Shown one piece after another: positions 33,543 through 43,443 of a DNA stretch of 64,000 nt (the first letter of the stretch is position 1; each line of letters opens with the position of its first letter). The DNA comes from Spirochaetia bacterium. GTDB taxonomy: Bacteria; Spirochaetota; Spirochaetia; UBA9216. The position numbers and the translations under genes were made by a program. The stretch is taken from NCBI GenBank assembly GCA_965140585.1, contig OZ223264.1, forward strand, positions 192,001 through 256,000, read 5' to 3'. A model generated the notes under the pieces. The model searched no databases. It was not told the origin of the DNA and saw only the letters and a list, made by a program, of their open reading frames with translations.

Positions 33543-33953
33543 TTGCAGTCATTAGATATTAAAAAAGTAAAGAGGAATTACAGACCATACAAGAAGCAGC
33601 AAATCACTCTAAAAGAGTATTACAAGACCATTCATTGGGTCAACTTTAGAAAGCAGTTATTAAATGCAGATGATTGCGAGTGTGAAATTTGTGGCCGGAA
33701 GCGTTGGTCGTTCTACAAGATAGGAGCTAAAAAAGGTCAGAGAAAGAGAACGCCAGAACTGAGATTCAACATACATCACCTCCATTATAAGAGTTTATAT
33801 AAGGAAAAACGGTCTGATGTTCTTGTTCTATGTCAGTTCTGTCATGACTTGTTACATCAATTAGAGAGGGCATCAAAGCTTAATCCAGAGGTCTATGAAT
33901 CAGCGTATCTGATTATGAAATCCAATACAAAATGGGAATATCAGAAACGTTGA
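33543..33953 (+). CDS. HNH endonuclease-family protein
   Basis: CEICG, NIHHLHY, LVLCQFCHDLLH; TTG start after GAGGAG. Confidence 0.85.
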   Translation: MQSLDIKKVKRNYRPYKKQQITLKEYYKTIHWVNFRKQLLNADDCECEICGRKRWSFYKIGAKKGQRKRTPELRFNIHHLHYKSLYKEKRSDVLVLCQFCHDLLHQLERASKLNPEVYESAYLIMKSNTKWEYQKR

Positions 33954-34477
33954 AGATTTATCAATTACAAAAAAAATACCTTCAAACACATCAAGAATCT
34001 TACCTCAGTGAGCTATATAAACACATCAAGAAATTACTCTTCTACATCTACAAGACAGAAACATCCAACTTGCCTATTTATCAAATCGAAGACGGAATAG
34101 AAACAATCACATCAAGAACTATTATGCAGATAGCTAACGGTGATGAGATAGAAAACTTTTACAGCTATCTCAAACGTGCTCTTACATTCTGGATAATCCA
34201 GAACAAGACCTACAACAAGAAGTTTGTCTATGATGCTGAGCTGCCATCATCTGAATCAACACCTGATTGGTTAATCACAGATTCAGTAATCAGCACCATA
34301 GACAGATATCTCAAAGATGAACCTATCAAAACCAAGACTCGTATTCTAAACAGAATTATCAAGACTGTTGGTAATAACAGGAATATTAACAATTCATTCT
34401 ATGGTCTTACCATGAGAGAAAGAGCACTTTTATCATTCATATACAGCGAGGTAAAGAAACTATTATGCGGAATCTAA
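33932..34477 (+). CDS. sigma-factor-like phage transcription regulator
   Basis: IED...IENFYSYLKRAL (region-2-like), LTMRERALL (region-4-like); located just before packaging genes. Confidence 0.55.
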   Translation: MGISETLKIYQLQKKYLQTHQESYLSELYKHIKKLLFYIYKTETSNLPIYQIEDGIETITSRTIMQIANGDEIENFYSYLKRALTFWIIQNKTYNKKFVYDAELPSSESTPDWLITDSVISTIDRYLKDEPIKTKTRILNRIIKTVGNNRNINNSFYGLTMRERALLSFIYSEVKKLLCGI

Positions 34478-34549
34478 GTCAGATTGAATATCTGTTGGTA
34501 AAGAAACTGACAGACTTGCAAAAGAGATATATCAAGGAGTCTGAAAAAA

Positions 34550-34906
34550 CTGAGAAGACTGTGCCTAATCCCAAACTGTAATCATCTGTCAGTTGCTAAT
34601 GGTTATTGTAAGGACCACCAATACAAGTATCAAGAGAGGTTAGCACAGAGATTTACAGGCAGAAGAACTGAGTCAGCCAAATGGAATCATTTATATAGAA
34701 CCAAAGAGTGGATTGAGCTACGTCAGAGAATATTAAAAAGAGATTCAAATCAATGCTGCAAGTGCGGAGGCAGGACAGATTTAATAGTCCATCACATTCA
34801 TAGATGGAAGAATGAGTATGAGTTCTTTAATAACGAGTATGAAGTTATATGCCGTTCATGTCATTCAAGAGAGCATCAAAATAATAAAAAAGGTTATAGA
34901 AATTAA
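34550..34906 (+). CDS. terminase-associated HNH endonuclease (HK97 gp74-like), no canonical start
   Basis: LCLIPNC...GYCKDH, LYRTKEWIELR..ILKRD..CCKCG, VHHI, ICRSCHSREH; AAGGAG 10 nt before CTG; missed by ORF track. Confidence 0.82.
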   Translation: MRRLCLIPNCNHLSVANGYCKDHQYKYQERLAQRFTGRRTESAKWNHLYRTKEWIELRQRILKRDSNQCCKCGGRTDLIVHHIHRWKNEYEFFNNEYEVICRSCHSREHQNNKKGYRN

Positions 34907-35045
34907 GATTTGTTATGTGCCTGCATGGTCTTTATATACAGGTAGGCTATGAAAAAACTTGGAAACTATTTTATATATATCACACACCCACAGCCCAACG
35001 TACACAAACAGACAAAAAAGATGTTAAAGCAATCTGGAGTCTATT

Positions 35046-35525
35046 ATGGGACGTAGACGAAAACCTGTTGAGGTGATGAAAAAGAAAGGAACATATAAAA
35101 AGCACCGACATGAAAAGTTCCAAGGTCAGCTTAAAGTTCCTGTCGTTGAAAATGTTCCAAGACCAATAATGCCGCTTAATCAATACGGTTTGTATGAATA
35201 TTACAGGTTGTGCAGAGAACTAAAAGAACTTGAGATTCTGGGTGACATTGATTTGTCGCTTGTAGAGATGGCTGCAAATTATTATGGAACGTATGTTGAG
35301 AATTTTAATTACATCATTAACAACTACGGTTCTGTATCAAAATATCTTGTCAATAAAACAAACAATACAGCAATGATTTATACGAGTATGAACAACGCAT
35401 TCAAATCCTATGTAGATGTAGGGTCCCGGTTCGGTATTACACCGACTGCGAGATTGAATCTGCCAAACAAGAATGATGGAGGTGGTGAAGATGAGTTTTC
35501 AAAATTCTTAAATGAGGTTTCATGA
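35046..35525 (+). CDS. terminase small subunit (P27 family)
   Basis: MGRRRKP..KGT, RFGITPTARLNL. Confidence 0.9.
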   Translation: MGRRRKPVEVMKKKGTYKKHRHEKFQGQLKVPVVENVPRPIMPLNQYGLYEYYRLCRELKELEILGDIDLSLVEMAANYYGTYVENFNYIINNYGSVSKYLVNKTNNTAMIYTSMNNAFKSYVDVGSRFGITPTARLNLPNKNDGGGEDEFSKFLNEVS

Positions 35526-37171
35526 GAGTTGATGATTTAAAAAAGTATTGTAACCATGTAATAGCAGATAACAAAAACTATTGTAAAAACTACCAATTAG
35601 CCTGTAAGCGTTTTTTAAAAGATGTTGAATCAGATAATCAATACTACTTTGATGAGTCTGAATCAGAGAAGTTGTTTCTATTCATTCAGAATCTTAAACA
35701 GTTTGAAGATGTCTTTTTTGATAAACCACTCATATTAGAAGATTGGGAAAAGTTCATCCTTGCTCAAATCTATTGTTGGAAAAAGAAATCGGATAACAAG
35801 AGACGTATAAAAAGAATCTATATCCAAGTTGCCAGAAAGAACGGAAAGACAATTTTAATGTCAGTGATTGCTCTATATTCATTGATTGTTGGTAAGTCTG
35901 AAGAGATTTATTCTCTGGCCTCCAAGAAAGACCAGGCTAAGATTGTATATGACAAGATGTGTGGAATCATCAGGCAAACGGGTCTTGAAAAGTATTACAA
36001 AATCTTTCGTGGTGAGATAAGAAACAAGAGCAACAAGTATGTGTATGTTTCTGCTGACCACAAACTTCAAGACGGAACAAACCCCTCGATTGTTATTGCT
36101 GATGAGTATCATGCCCACCCGACAGATGAACTTCTTAATGTTTATACATCAGGTATGGGAGCACGTTCAGAACCTCTTGTTCTAATCATTACAACTGCCG
36201 GTTTCAATTTGGATGGACCATGTTATGAAGAATATGAGAGAGCAGAGAAAATCTTAAATGGTATTTATGAAGATGAATCATATCTGCCAATAATATTTGA
36301 GCTTGATGAATCAGACAGTTGGGAAGATGAGTGTGTATACAAGAAAGCAAATCCAAACCTTAATGTCAGTGTCGGTCTTGAGTATCTACAGGGACAGAAG
36401 CTTGAAGCTCAACAACGCCCGTCTAAGCGTAGAGACTTTCTAACCAAGAATCTGAATATCTGGGTTGATGGTGCTGAGAGTTGGATTGATTTACAGACAT
36501 GGAGAAAGAATAAAGAGTTTTTTGATGTTAATGAGCTTGAAGGTAGAGATTGTTTCGCTGGTTTAGACTTATCAGCAGTGTCAGACTTAACTGCATATTC
36601 ATTATACTTTCCACCAGATGATAAAGATGAAAAAGTAAAAGTTCTTCATAAATGCTACATACCAGAATCTTCCATAGACAAGAAAGAGAAATTTGAATCA
36701 ATAAAATTCAGAGAGTGGATAGACCAAGGTTATGTTACTCCAACGCCAGGTGAAGTAGTTGATTATTCATATCTTGTTGATGACCTACTTTCAGATGCCA
36801 AACTGTACAACATAAAAGAGATTGCCTTTGACTCTTACCTTTCCAAGAACATTATAAAACCAATCGAAGATGAGCTTGGTGAAGATGTAATGATTGAAAT
36901 GAGACAGGGTTTAATTAACTTCTCTCCATGGACCAAGGAATGGGAGAAAGATGTTTTAGCAAATCGAATAATTGATTTCAATCCTGTTATGGAATGGTGT
37001 ATCTCAAACACTGTTATCAAGACAGACCAGAATGGAAACTATAAACCACTCAAAGAGAAGCCGAATAAAAAGATTGACCTTGTAATCTCATCAATTATGG
37101 CACATGCCAGAATGACCGCCGTTGATAGAGAGGAATTTCGTTCCATCTTTGAAGTGCTGATGTCTGAATAA
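35522..37171 (+). CDS. terminase large subunit
   Basis: VARKNGKT, IADEYHAH, IITTAG, GLDLSAVSDL, KIDLVIS. Confidence 0.96.
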   Translation: MRVDDLKKYCNHVIADNKNYCKNYQLACKRFLKDVESDNQYYFDESESEKLFLFIQNLKQFEDVFFDKPLILEDWEKFILAQIYCWKKKSDNKRRIKRIYIQVARKNGKTILMSVIALYSLIVGKSEEIYSLASKKDQAKIVYDKMCGIIRQTGLEKYYKIFRGEIRNKSNKYVYVSADHKLQDGTNPSIVIADEYHAHPTDELLNVYTSGMGARSEPLVLIITTAGFNLDGPCYEEYERAEKILNGIYEDESYLPIIFELDESDSWEDECVYKKANPNLNVSVGLEYLQGQKLEAQQRPSKRRDFLTKNLNIWVDGAESWIDLQTWRKNKEFFDVNELEGRDCFAGLDLSAVSDLTAYSLYFPPDDKDEKVKVLHKCYIPESSIDKKEKFESIKFREWIDQGYVTPTPGEVVDYSYLVDDLLSDAKLYNIKEIAFDSYLSKNIIKPIEDELGEDVMIEMRQGLINFSPWTKEWEKDVLANRIIDFNPVMEWCISNTVIKTDQNGNYKPLKEKPNKKIDLVISSIMAHARMTAVDREEFRSIFEVLMSE

Positions 37172-37231
37172 TGTAAACTTTTTCATATCAAATCTCGGTA
37201 GGGCTGCCATATCCATAGTCCTTATCTTTAT

Positions 37232-38461
37232 ATGGCATTATTTAATGTAAGAAGAAAACCGCAGAATGAAACCCGTAAACTGTCCTTGGAAGATTTGTTT
37301 AATTACAGATATTACGGGACGATTGATAAATCTTACATCAATCAGTTATCAGCTTTGGAGAATGAAGCAGTTTATGCCTCAATTAAAATCATAGCTGAAA
37401 CATTGGCTGGTTTTCCGATTCAAACATTCATCAAAAATGGTGATATAAAAACCAAGGATAATTCCTACTTTCTTTATAGAACTCTTAATTATCCGAATGC
37501 CGAATTAGATAAATTCACATTCTGGGAAACTTTCTATACAAACCTTTTAACACATGGAAATGCATACGCCTATATCTATCGGGATAGTTTTAGTTCATAC
37601 GCTCAGTCGCTGTTCATTCTCCCATCCAAGTATGTAAGTGTAAAACGTAATAACGGAAAGTTAGAATACCACTTTAAAGAACCGACTAAAGAATTAAAGA
37701 TATATAAAAAAGAGAATGTCTTCCATATAAAGCTTACTTCATTCGATGGCCTTGTAGGTCTCTCGCCTATGGAGCTGTTCAAGCTTCAAATCCTTGAATC
37801 CATAACCGCTGATAATTATAACTACAATTTCTTTGACAAGGGGATACTCAGTAATATTGCTCTGAACATCCCGAATAATAACAACTATACGAAAGAACAA
37901 ATCAATTACATCAAACAGCAATTCATAAACAGCCATGGTGGATTAAAGAATCAGAATGAACCTATTGTTCTTGATTCAGGCACAGAGATAAAAGAGTTTA
38001 AAGGTTATTCAAATAAAGACAATTCAATTGTTGAGTTAAGAAAAGAAGCGCTCTTAAAGATTGCTCGTGTCTACAGAATACCTCCTCACATGCTTCAGGA
38101 GTTGGGTAATGCTACTTACTCTAACATTGCACAGCAGTCATTGGATTTTTATAAACAGACATTACTTCCTCACATACAGCGTATCGAATGGGGATTGATA
38201 CACCAGTTAATACCATCCAACCACAGAGAGAAGAGGTTTGTAAAACTCAACATCAGTTCAGTTCTTAGAGCTTCTGATAATGAAAGAGCTTCTTACTACG
38301 ACATCATGCAAAAGAACGGAAACCTCTCAATCAATGAAGTCAGACGATTAGAAGATCTCCCGCCTATAGAAGCTGCTGTTGCTGATTACCACTTTAACCA
38401 ACTGAACATGTCTCCAATCGAAGTATGGCAGAACGACAAAGATAAGGATTTAAAAATATGA
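37232..38461 (+). CDS. HK97-family portal protein
   Basis: AVYASIKIIAETLA, LTHGNAY, GLSP, IARVYRIPPHML, INEVRRLEDLPP. Confidence 0.95.
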   Translation: MALFNVRRKPQNETRKLSLEDLFNYRYYGTIDKSYINQLSALENEAVYASIKIIAETLAGFPIQTFIKNGDIKTKDNSYFLYRTLNYPNAELDKFTFWETFYTNLLTHGNAYAYIYRDSFSSYAQSLFILPSKYVSVKRNNGKLEYHFKEPTKELKIYKKENVFHIKLTSFDGLVGLSPMELFKLQILESITADNYNYNFFDKGILSNIALNIPNNNNYTKEQINYIKQQFINSHGGLKNQNEPIVLDSGTEIKEFKGYSNKDNSIVELRKEALLKIARVYRIPPHMLQELGNATYSNIAQQSLDFYKQTLLPHIQRIEWGLIHQLIPSNHREKRFVKLNISSVLRASDNERASYYDIMQKNGNLSINEVRRLEDLPPIEAAVADYHFNQLNMSPIEVWQNDKDKDLKI

Positions 38462-39180
38462 GTTATGAAATAAGAAAAATGTCTTTAAAGACGCCTATCA
38501 CAATTACTGAAGATGGTGATGAGAAATATATCGAAGGGATGATTCCATACAACTCTCGTTCAGAGGATATGGGATTTATTGAGGTCATAAAGCCAGGTGC
38601 ATTCAAGAAGTCAATCAAAGATAAGGACATTCGGTGCCTATGGAATCACGTTGACAGATTGATTTTAGGAAAGACCTCAAACGGGAGACTCATCTTTGAA
38701 GATGGTGAAGACGGACTCCACTTCAAAGTCAAAGTTCCAATGACTCGGTCATACGGTCTTGATGCATATGACGTTGTAAAGACAGGTGATGCAGATGGTG
38801 TCTCATTCGGATTCAGAGTTATCAACGACACATGGAAAGAGGGTAACGATGTCAACTTCAGAGAGTTAACTGAAGTTGAACTTAGAGAAGTTTCTATTGG
38901 TGTGACCTTTCCTGCCTATCCAAACTCAAAGGCACAGGCCAGAGCATTTGATGAAGTGACTGGAATTGATTTATCCAAATTTGTTTCAACGCTCGTCAGA
39001 GGCGAGGAGTTGGGTGAACAAGATAAAGCCTACATGAATCAGGTAATAACGCAATTAAGAACTTTAACAGGGGAACTAAAAACAGAGCCGGCAGAAGACC
39101 ACTCTGAAACTGAAATAGAGCCGACGGATGTCACTCTACGAAAGATGCAATTAGAGCTTCTGGCAAAGTCTTTTCAATAA
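38458..39180 (+). CDS. HK97 prohead protease
   Basis: FIEVIKPGAF, LWNH, GVSFGF, LREVS.VTFPAY. Confidence 0.93.
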   Translation: MSYEIRKMSLKTPITITEDGDEKYIEGMIPYNSRSEDMGFIEVIKPGAFKKSIKDKDIRCLWNHVDRLILGKTSNGRLIFEDGEDGLHFKVKVPMTRSYGLDAYDVVKTGDADGVSFGFRVINDTWKEGNDVNFRELTEVELREVSIGVTFPAYPNSKAQARAFDEVTGIDLSKFVSTLVRGEELGEQDKAYMNQVITQLRTLTGELKTEPAEDHSETEIEPTDVTLRKMQLELLAKSFQ

Positions 39181-39201
39181 TTTAAAAAAGGAATTTAAAA
39201 A

Positions 39202-40356
39202 ATGAATATCATAAAGTTAAAGGAAGAGAGAAATACTCTCTTGGAAAAAGCGAATGAAATCCTTGAAGTGGCTGGTAAAGAAATCAGAGCACTTACTGAG
39301 GATGAGAATAAACATTTTGATGAGATAAGAACTCAGATTGATGCTTACACAAATACTATCAATAAAGCTGAAGCATTAGAGAAACCAGAACTTACCCGTT
39401 CAATCGAACTCGATGTTGAAGATAGAGATTCTACTTCAGATGATTTTAGAAACTACCTCATTAAAGGGGAAACTCGTGGATTGGTTGCAGGAACTGATGC
39501 AAGCGGTGGTTATGTAGCACCTGAAAAGTTTTATGAAACTGTATATGAGAATGCTTTCAATCCATTCATGATTCAGTCTCTTGTTAATGTTGTAAAGATT
39601 AAAGGGAATGGTTCAGTCGGTGTTCCTTACATTGACACTGATGCATCTGATGCTGATTGGACAATCGAAGTACCAGCATCTGATATTACTGCCGATTCTA
39701 CATTGGCTTTTGGTAAGAAGACTCTTGAGCCTATCTCTCTTGCAAAATACTTTACTGCATCAAAGCAGTTTCTTAACAAGGCAGCAATCAATGTCGATTC
39801 ATTCGTTGCTGAAAGAATTGGTAGAAAACTATCCAAGGCGATTGAGAATGCAATCTTAAATGGTACAGGAACAGCTCAACCACTTGGTATCTTTGATACT
39901 ACAACTGGTGTTGCTTCTGTGTCTGCTTCTCAGGTATCTACAGGTTCAGCTACTTCAATCAATACCAACGCACTTATTGAGGCATTAACTGAAGTTGAAA
40001 AGTATGGACTTCAAAATCTTACATGGGTATTCCACCCAGACGTGCTTGCAGCAATCAGAAAGTTGAAAGGAACAGACAGATATGAACTTTGGACTCCTGA
40101 ACTTAACGGAAGAAAAACTCTTCTTGGTGTGCCATACGTTCTTTCTGATTTGGCACCAAACACTTTTACAACTGGTTTACCACTCGCTGTTATCGGTGAC
40201 TTCAGCAAGTACATGTTTACAGTTTCTAACGATGTGGAGCTTACAAGACTTAACGAGGTAGCCGCACTTAAAAACAGTGTTGGTTTCCTTGGTTACATGG
40301 AAGGTGATGGAACTCCAATTCTTAGTGATGCTTTCAGAGTAATCATGACAGCATAA
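39202..40356 (+). CDS. HK97-fold major capsid protein
   Basis: coiled-coil delta domain, SGGYVAPE, ILNGTGTAQPLGI, LLGVPY, GDFSKY. Confidence 0.95.
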   Translation: MNIIKLKEERNTLLEKANEILEVAGKEIRALTEDENKHFDEIRTQIDAYTNTINKAEALEKPELTRSIELDVEDRDSTSDDFRNYLIKGETRGLVAGTDASGGYVAPEKFYETVYENAFNPFMIQSLVNVVKIKGNGSVGVPYIDTDASDADWTIEVPASDITADSTLAFGKKTLEPISLAKYFTASKQFLNKAAINVDSFVAERIGRKLSKAIENAILNGTGTAQPLGIFDTTTGVASVSASQVSTGSATSINTNALIEALTEVEKYGLQNLTWVFHPDVLAAIRKLKGTDRYELWTPELNGRKTLLGVPYVLSDLAPNTFTTGLPLAVIGDFSKYMFTVSNDVELTRLNEVAALKNSVGFLGYMEGDGTPILSDAFRVIMTA

Positions 40357-40398
40357 TTTATGAGAGGCTTTATGCCTCTCTAATTTAAAAAGGTAGTA

Positions 40399-40908
40399 AT
40401 GGCAATAATAACTGAAGAACAATTAAAATCCTATTGTGGAAATTACAACGACGACACTCTCAATTCAATCTATATCAACTCAGCAGTAGAGAGGATAGAA
40501 AAGTATTTAGGCTACGCTGTTGAGGCAATGGATTATTCAATAATCAGAAGTGGTAACGGTGAAAAGTTCTTCGACCTAGGTGTAAAGCAAATCAATTCAG
40601 TCACATCTATTACTGTAAATGAAGAAGAAAAAGATATAACCAATCTGATTATTGATGCTCCGTTTATCTACAGTAAAGATTTCTACTTTAGAGAAGGTGA
40701 TTACAATGTAAATATTACCTTCAATGCCGGTTTTACTTCTATCCCAAACACAATAGCTCTCACAGCATTAAAAATAGCAACTGTATTGAAACTCGAAGAG
40801 GGCGGTAATGTCGCTGTTAAGAGCAAGAGCTTTGAAGATGGATCACGCGAGTTCTTGGAAAAGAAGATTGAAAACTACCTGAAAGATATTGAGGACTACA
40901 GAATATGA
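40399..40908 (+). CDS. head-tail connector protein
   Basis: position after capsid; LKSY..SAVERIEKYLG, FNAGFTSIP. Confidence 0.75.
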   Translation: MAIITEEQLKSYCGNYNDDTLNSIYINSAVERIEKYLGYAVEAMDYSIIRSGNGEKFFDLGVKQINSVTSITVNEEEKDITNLIIDAPFIYSKDFYFREGDYNVNITFNAGFTSIPNTIALTALKIATVLKLEEGGNVAVKSKSFEDGSREFLEKKIENYLKDIEDYRI

Positions 40909-41357
40909 AAATGTATGTAACGACTGACATATCTGATGTTCTTCACACATTTAAAAAGAATATCAAGAACAACCCATCAATGCAAAAAAAGATGATAAGA
41001 GGTGTTCTTAATTTGGGTAGGTCTGATGCCAAAAAGAATACGTACAACACAGTTAAAAAGAAATCAGGTGATTTGAAAAACAAGTTCTATACAAAGCTTA
41101 AACCGGATAACAGCGGATATATCGTAAACAGAGCCTCATACGCAGGGAGGCTTGAACATGGCGGAACTGTTGTGTCCAAGAAAAACAGATACATGACTTT
41201 TATTACTGATGATGGCAATTGGGTAAAAGTTCCATCTTTCACTATCAAAGCAAAGTTGGGATTTATAAGGCAGATGGAAAATCTTTATTCATCAGATGCT
41301 CCGCTTAGAAGGATGGAGGAAATATTACAAAAAGAATTGGAGCGTATCTATAAATGA
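40905..41357 (+). CDS. neck/tail completion protein (HK97 gp10-like)
   Basis: KSGDLKN, YAGRLEHGG; position. Confidence 0.65.
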   Translation: MKMYVTTDISDVLHTFKKNIKNNPSMQKKMIRGVLNLGRSDAKKNTYNTVKKKSGDLKNKFYTKLKPDNSGYIVNRASYAGRLEHGGTVVSKKNRYMTFITDDGNWVKVPSFTIKAKLGFIRQMENLYSSDAPLRRMEEILQKELERIYK

Positions 41358-41803
41358 TTGAAGAGATATTAGATACCCTTGAAATCTTCATCCTAAATAA
41401 TCTGGGTTCATACCTATCCAAGTACTCAACTGAAGATGTACCGCTCACAGCTCCAATATCTGTAATCAGAGACTATCCTGATTTTGATAAAAACAATACA
41501 GCATTAAGCCTTTATGTTTTGCCTGATTATTTTGAGTTTGAATATTTGGATGTCGGTGGTGAGTATGAGCTGACACTAAGAGTTAATGTGTACTGCTTTG
41601 TAAGAAAGGATTCTACAGCAACCCTACAACTTCAGTCATTCAGGCAGTTAAAGGCAATGACAGAGATGATTAGAGATAACCCGACTTTAGGGGATGGGGT
41701 GCAGGACAGCACTTTGATTGATGGAGATATTTTCAATGATGTTGAAGGAGATGAAAACATAAAGGGCTACAAAATCAGTTTGGATTTAATTGAAATTATT
41801 TAA
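41354..41803 (+). CDS. tail terminator-like protein
   Basis: acidic 149 aa before tail tube, NPTLGDGV. Confidence 0.55.
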   Translation: MIEEILDTLEIFILNNLGSYLSKYSTEDVPLTAPISVIRDYPDFDKNNTALSLYVLPDYFEFEYLDVGGEYELTLRVNVYCFVRKDSTATLQLQSFRQLKAMTEMIRDNPTLGDGVQDSTLIDGDIFNDVEGDENIKGYKISLDLIEII

Positions 41804-41819
41804 AAAAAGGATTTAAAAA

Positions 41820-42806
41820 ATGAGTTACGCAGGAACAAATACACAGTGCCAATTATCCATTGAATCAGTGTGGGGCACTAACCCAGGAACAGGCGATACC
41901 CTATTAGCAATACTCTCAGAGGGGATGAAATATAACATCGACACAGCGAGTGAAGAAACTCTGCTTGCCGGTAAGACTGTCTCAGGTGTTGATATTATGG
42001 GTGTTGGTGTTGAGGGTGATTTATCACTTTATGTACGGCCATCAACTATAGGATATCTGCTTGCACTTTCATTCGGAGAAGAGGGAACACCTTCTGTTAC
42101 ATCAGGTGGGACGCTCGCTTATGACCACATCTTTACATTGATAGAAGCAGATGCTGCAAGTTCACTTCCTTCTACCACAGTAATAGTTGATAGAAAGGCC
42201 GCAGTTAAAGCATATACCGGTTGTAAAGTTGACAGCATAGAATTCTCAGCGTCTGCAAAAGAGTATCTAAAATGTAAGTTAAACCTCAAAGGTAAGAGTG
42301 AAGAAACAGGAACTATCGATAGCGGATTAAGTAATCCTACATCATATAAGCCATTCAGATTCATTGAAGGAACAGTAAATGTAAATGGTGCTTCTGCTGG
42401 TTATATTACTTCATTCACAACTACTGTTAGCAACAACCTTGATGATGGTGAGCCGGTACTCGGAAGCGGAATATACGGAACAGAAACTGAGGTTCAAGGG
42501 CGTGAGGTAGCACTTACTCTTGAGTGTTTCTATGATGCCAGTTCAGAGTTAATCAGAGAGAATTACTTTAAAACAGGTAATGCAATATCAGTTGATTTGA
42601 TATTTGAATCCACTGCTGAAGCTGAATCAGGTATTCCATATACATTCAAATTGGAACTTCCAAACGTTGTGATATCAGATGCCAATCCACCTGTGTCAGG
42701 TAAAGAGAAAGTCAAAATGACTATAAACGGAACAGGTATTGAGACATCAGGTGAAGAGCCAATCACAGCAACAATAATTGATTTGAAATCAGATGCTTAT
42801 ATTTAA
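41820..42806 (+). CDS. major tail tube protein
   Basis: ESVWGT.P, YTGCKVDS, beta-rich; position. Confidence 0.8.
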   Translation: MSYAGTNTQCQLSIESVWGTNPGTGDTLLAILSEGMKYNIDTASEETLLAGKTVSGVDIMGVGVEGDLSLYVRPSTIGYLLALSFGEEGTPSVTSGGTLAYDHIFTLIEADAASSLPSTTVIVDRKAAVKAYTGCKVDSIEFSASAKEYLKCKLNLKGKSEETGTIDSGLSNPTSYKPFRFIEGTVNVNGASAGYITSFTTTVSNNLDDGEPVLGSGIYGTETEVQGREVALTLECFYDASSELIRENYFKTGNAISVDLIFESTAEAESGIPYTFKLELPNVVISDANPPVSGKEKVKMTINGTGIETSGEEPITATIIDLKSDAYI

Positions 42807-42817
42807 GAAGGTAAATA

Positions 42818-43159
42818 ATGGAATTAAGTAAACTTAAAAGTTATACAGAGACAGTTGAGATAGTATTAGATGAGTTCTATGAGGGTGAAGATGTAAAAGT
42901 AATCATCAGAGAGCCAAAGCCTGAAGAGTTAAGCATTTTCAATGATGAGCTTAATGATAAGGGTGAAGCCGTTGCTTTAAAGAATCTGTTCTCAAAACTA
43001 ATCACTGAACATGGATTTACTCAGGCAGGAAAGAAGTGCTCAAACAAGGATGTTACAGAAGCCCTGTTTATGAAGATTGATGTATTCAAAGAGATAGGTG
43101 AAGTAATAGGTAAGATTGTTGAAAAAAAAAGCAGGATGAAAGAAACCTCAGAAGAATAG
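42818..43159 (+). CDS. tail assembly chaperone (gpG-like)
   Basis: between tube and tape measure; A9 slippery run near 3' end. Confidence 0.8.
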   Translation: MELSKLKSYTETVEIVLDEFYEGEDVKVIIREPKPEELSIFNDELNDKGEAVALKNLFSKLITEHGFTQAGKKCSNKDVTEALFMKIDVFKEIGEVIGKIVEKKSRMKETSEE

Positions 43160-43398
43160 CATCTCACACATTCAGAGGTGAGTATATTGACCAAGATTTA
43201 GCGGATGAGTGGCAATCAGGAAAGTGGTTACCTCTTATCCGTATTTTTTTAGGGATTGTCCATAGACGTTACGGTCACTTTGTTACAATGCCTTTCTCTG
43301 GTGGTTACTGTGAACAGCCTGAAATGTTGATGGTCTATCTTGAAATAATTCAGAATGAGTTCTTTGGATATCTTGAAGAAATAAATAAACAAAATTAG
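43123..43398 (+). CDS. -1 frameshift extension of tail chaperone (gpGT-like)
   Basis: A AAA AAA heptamer then open -1 frame KQDERNLRRIA...MPFSGGYCEQP...KQN*. Confidence 0.8.
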   Translation, partial: KKKQDERNLRRIASHTFRGEYIDQDLADEWQSGKWLPLIRIFLGIVHRRYGHFVTMPFSGGYCEQPEMLMVYLEIIQNEFFGYLEEINKQN

Positions 43399-43443
43399 TT
43401 CAAATCATAAAAAGCCTGTGTGGCCGCAATCTTTATCTTATGT

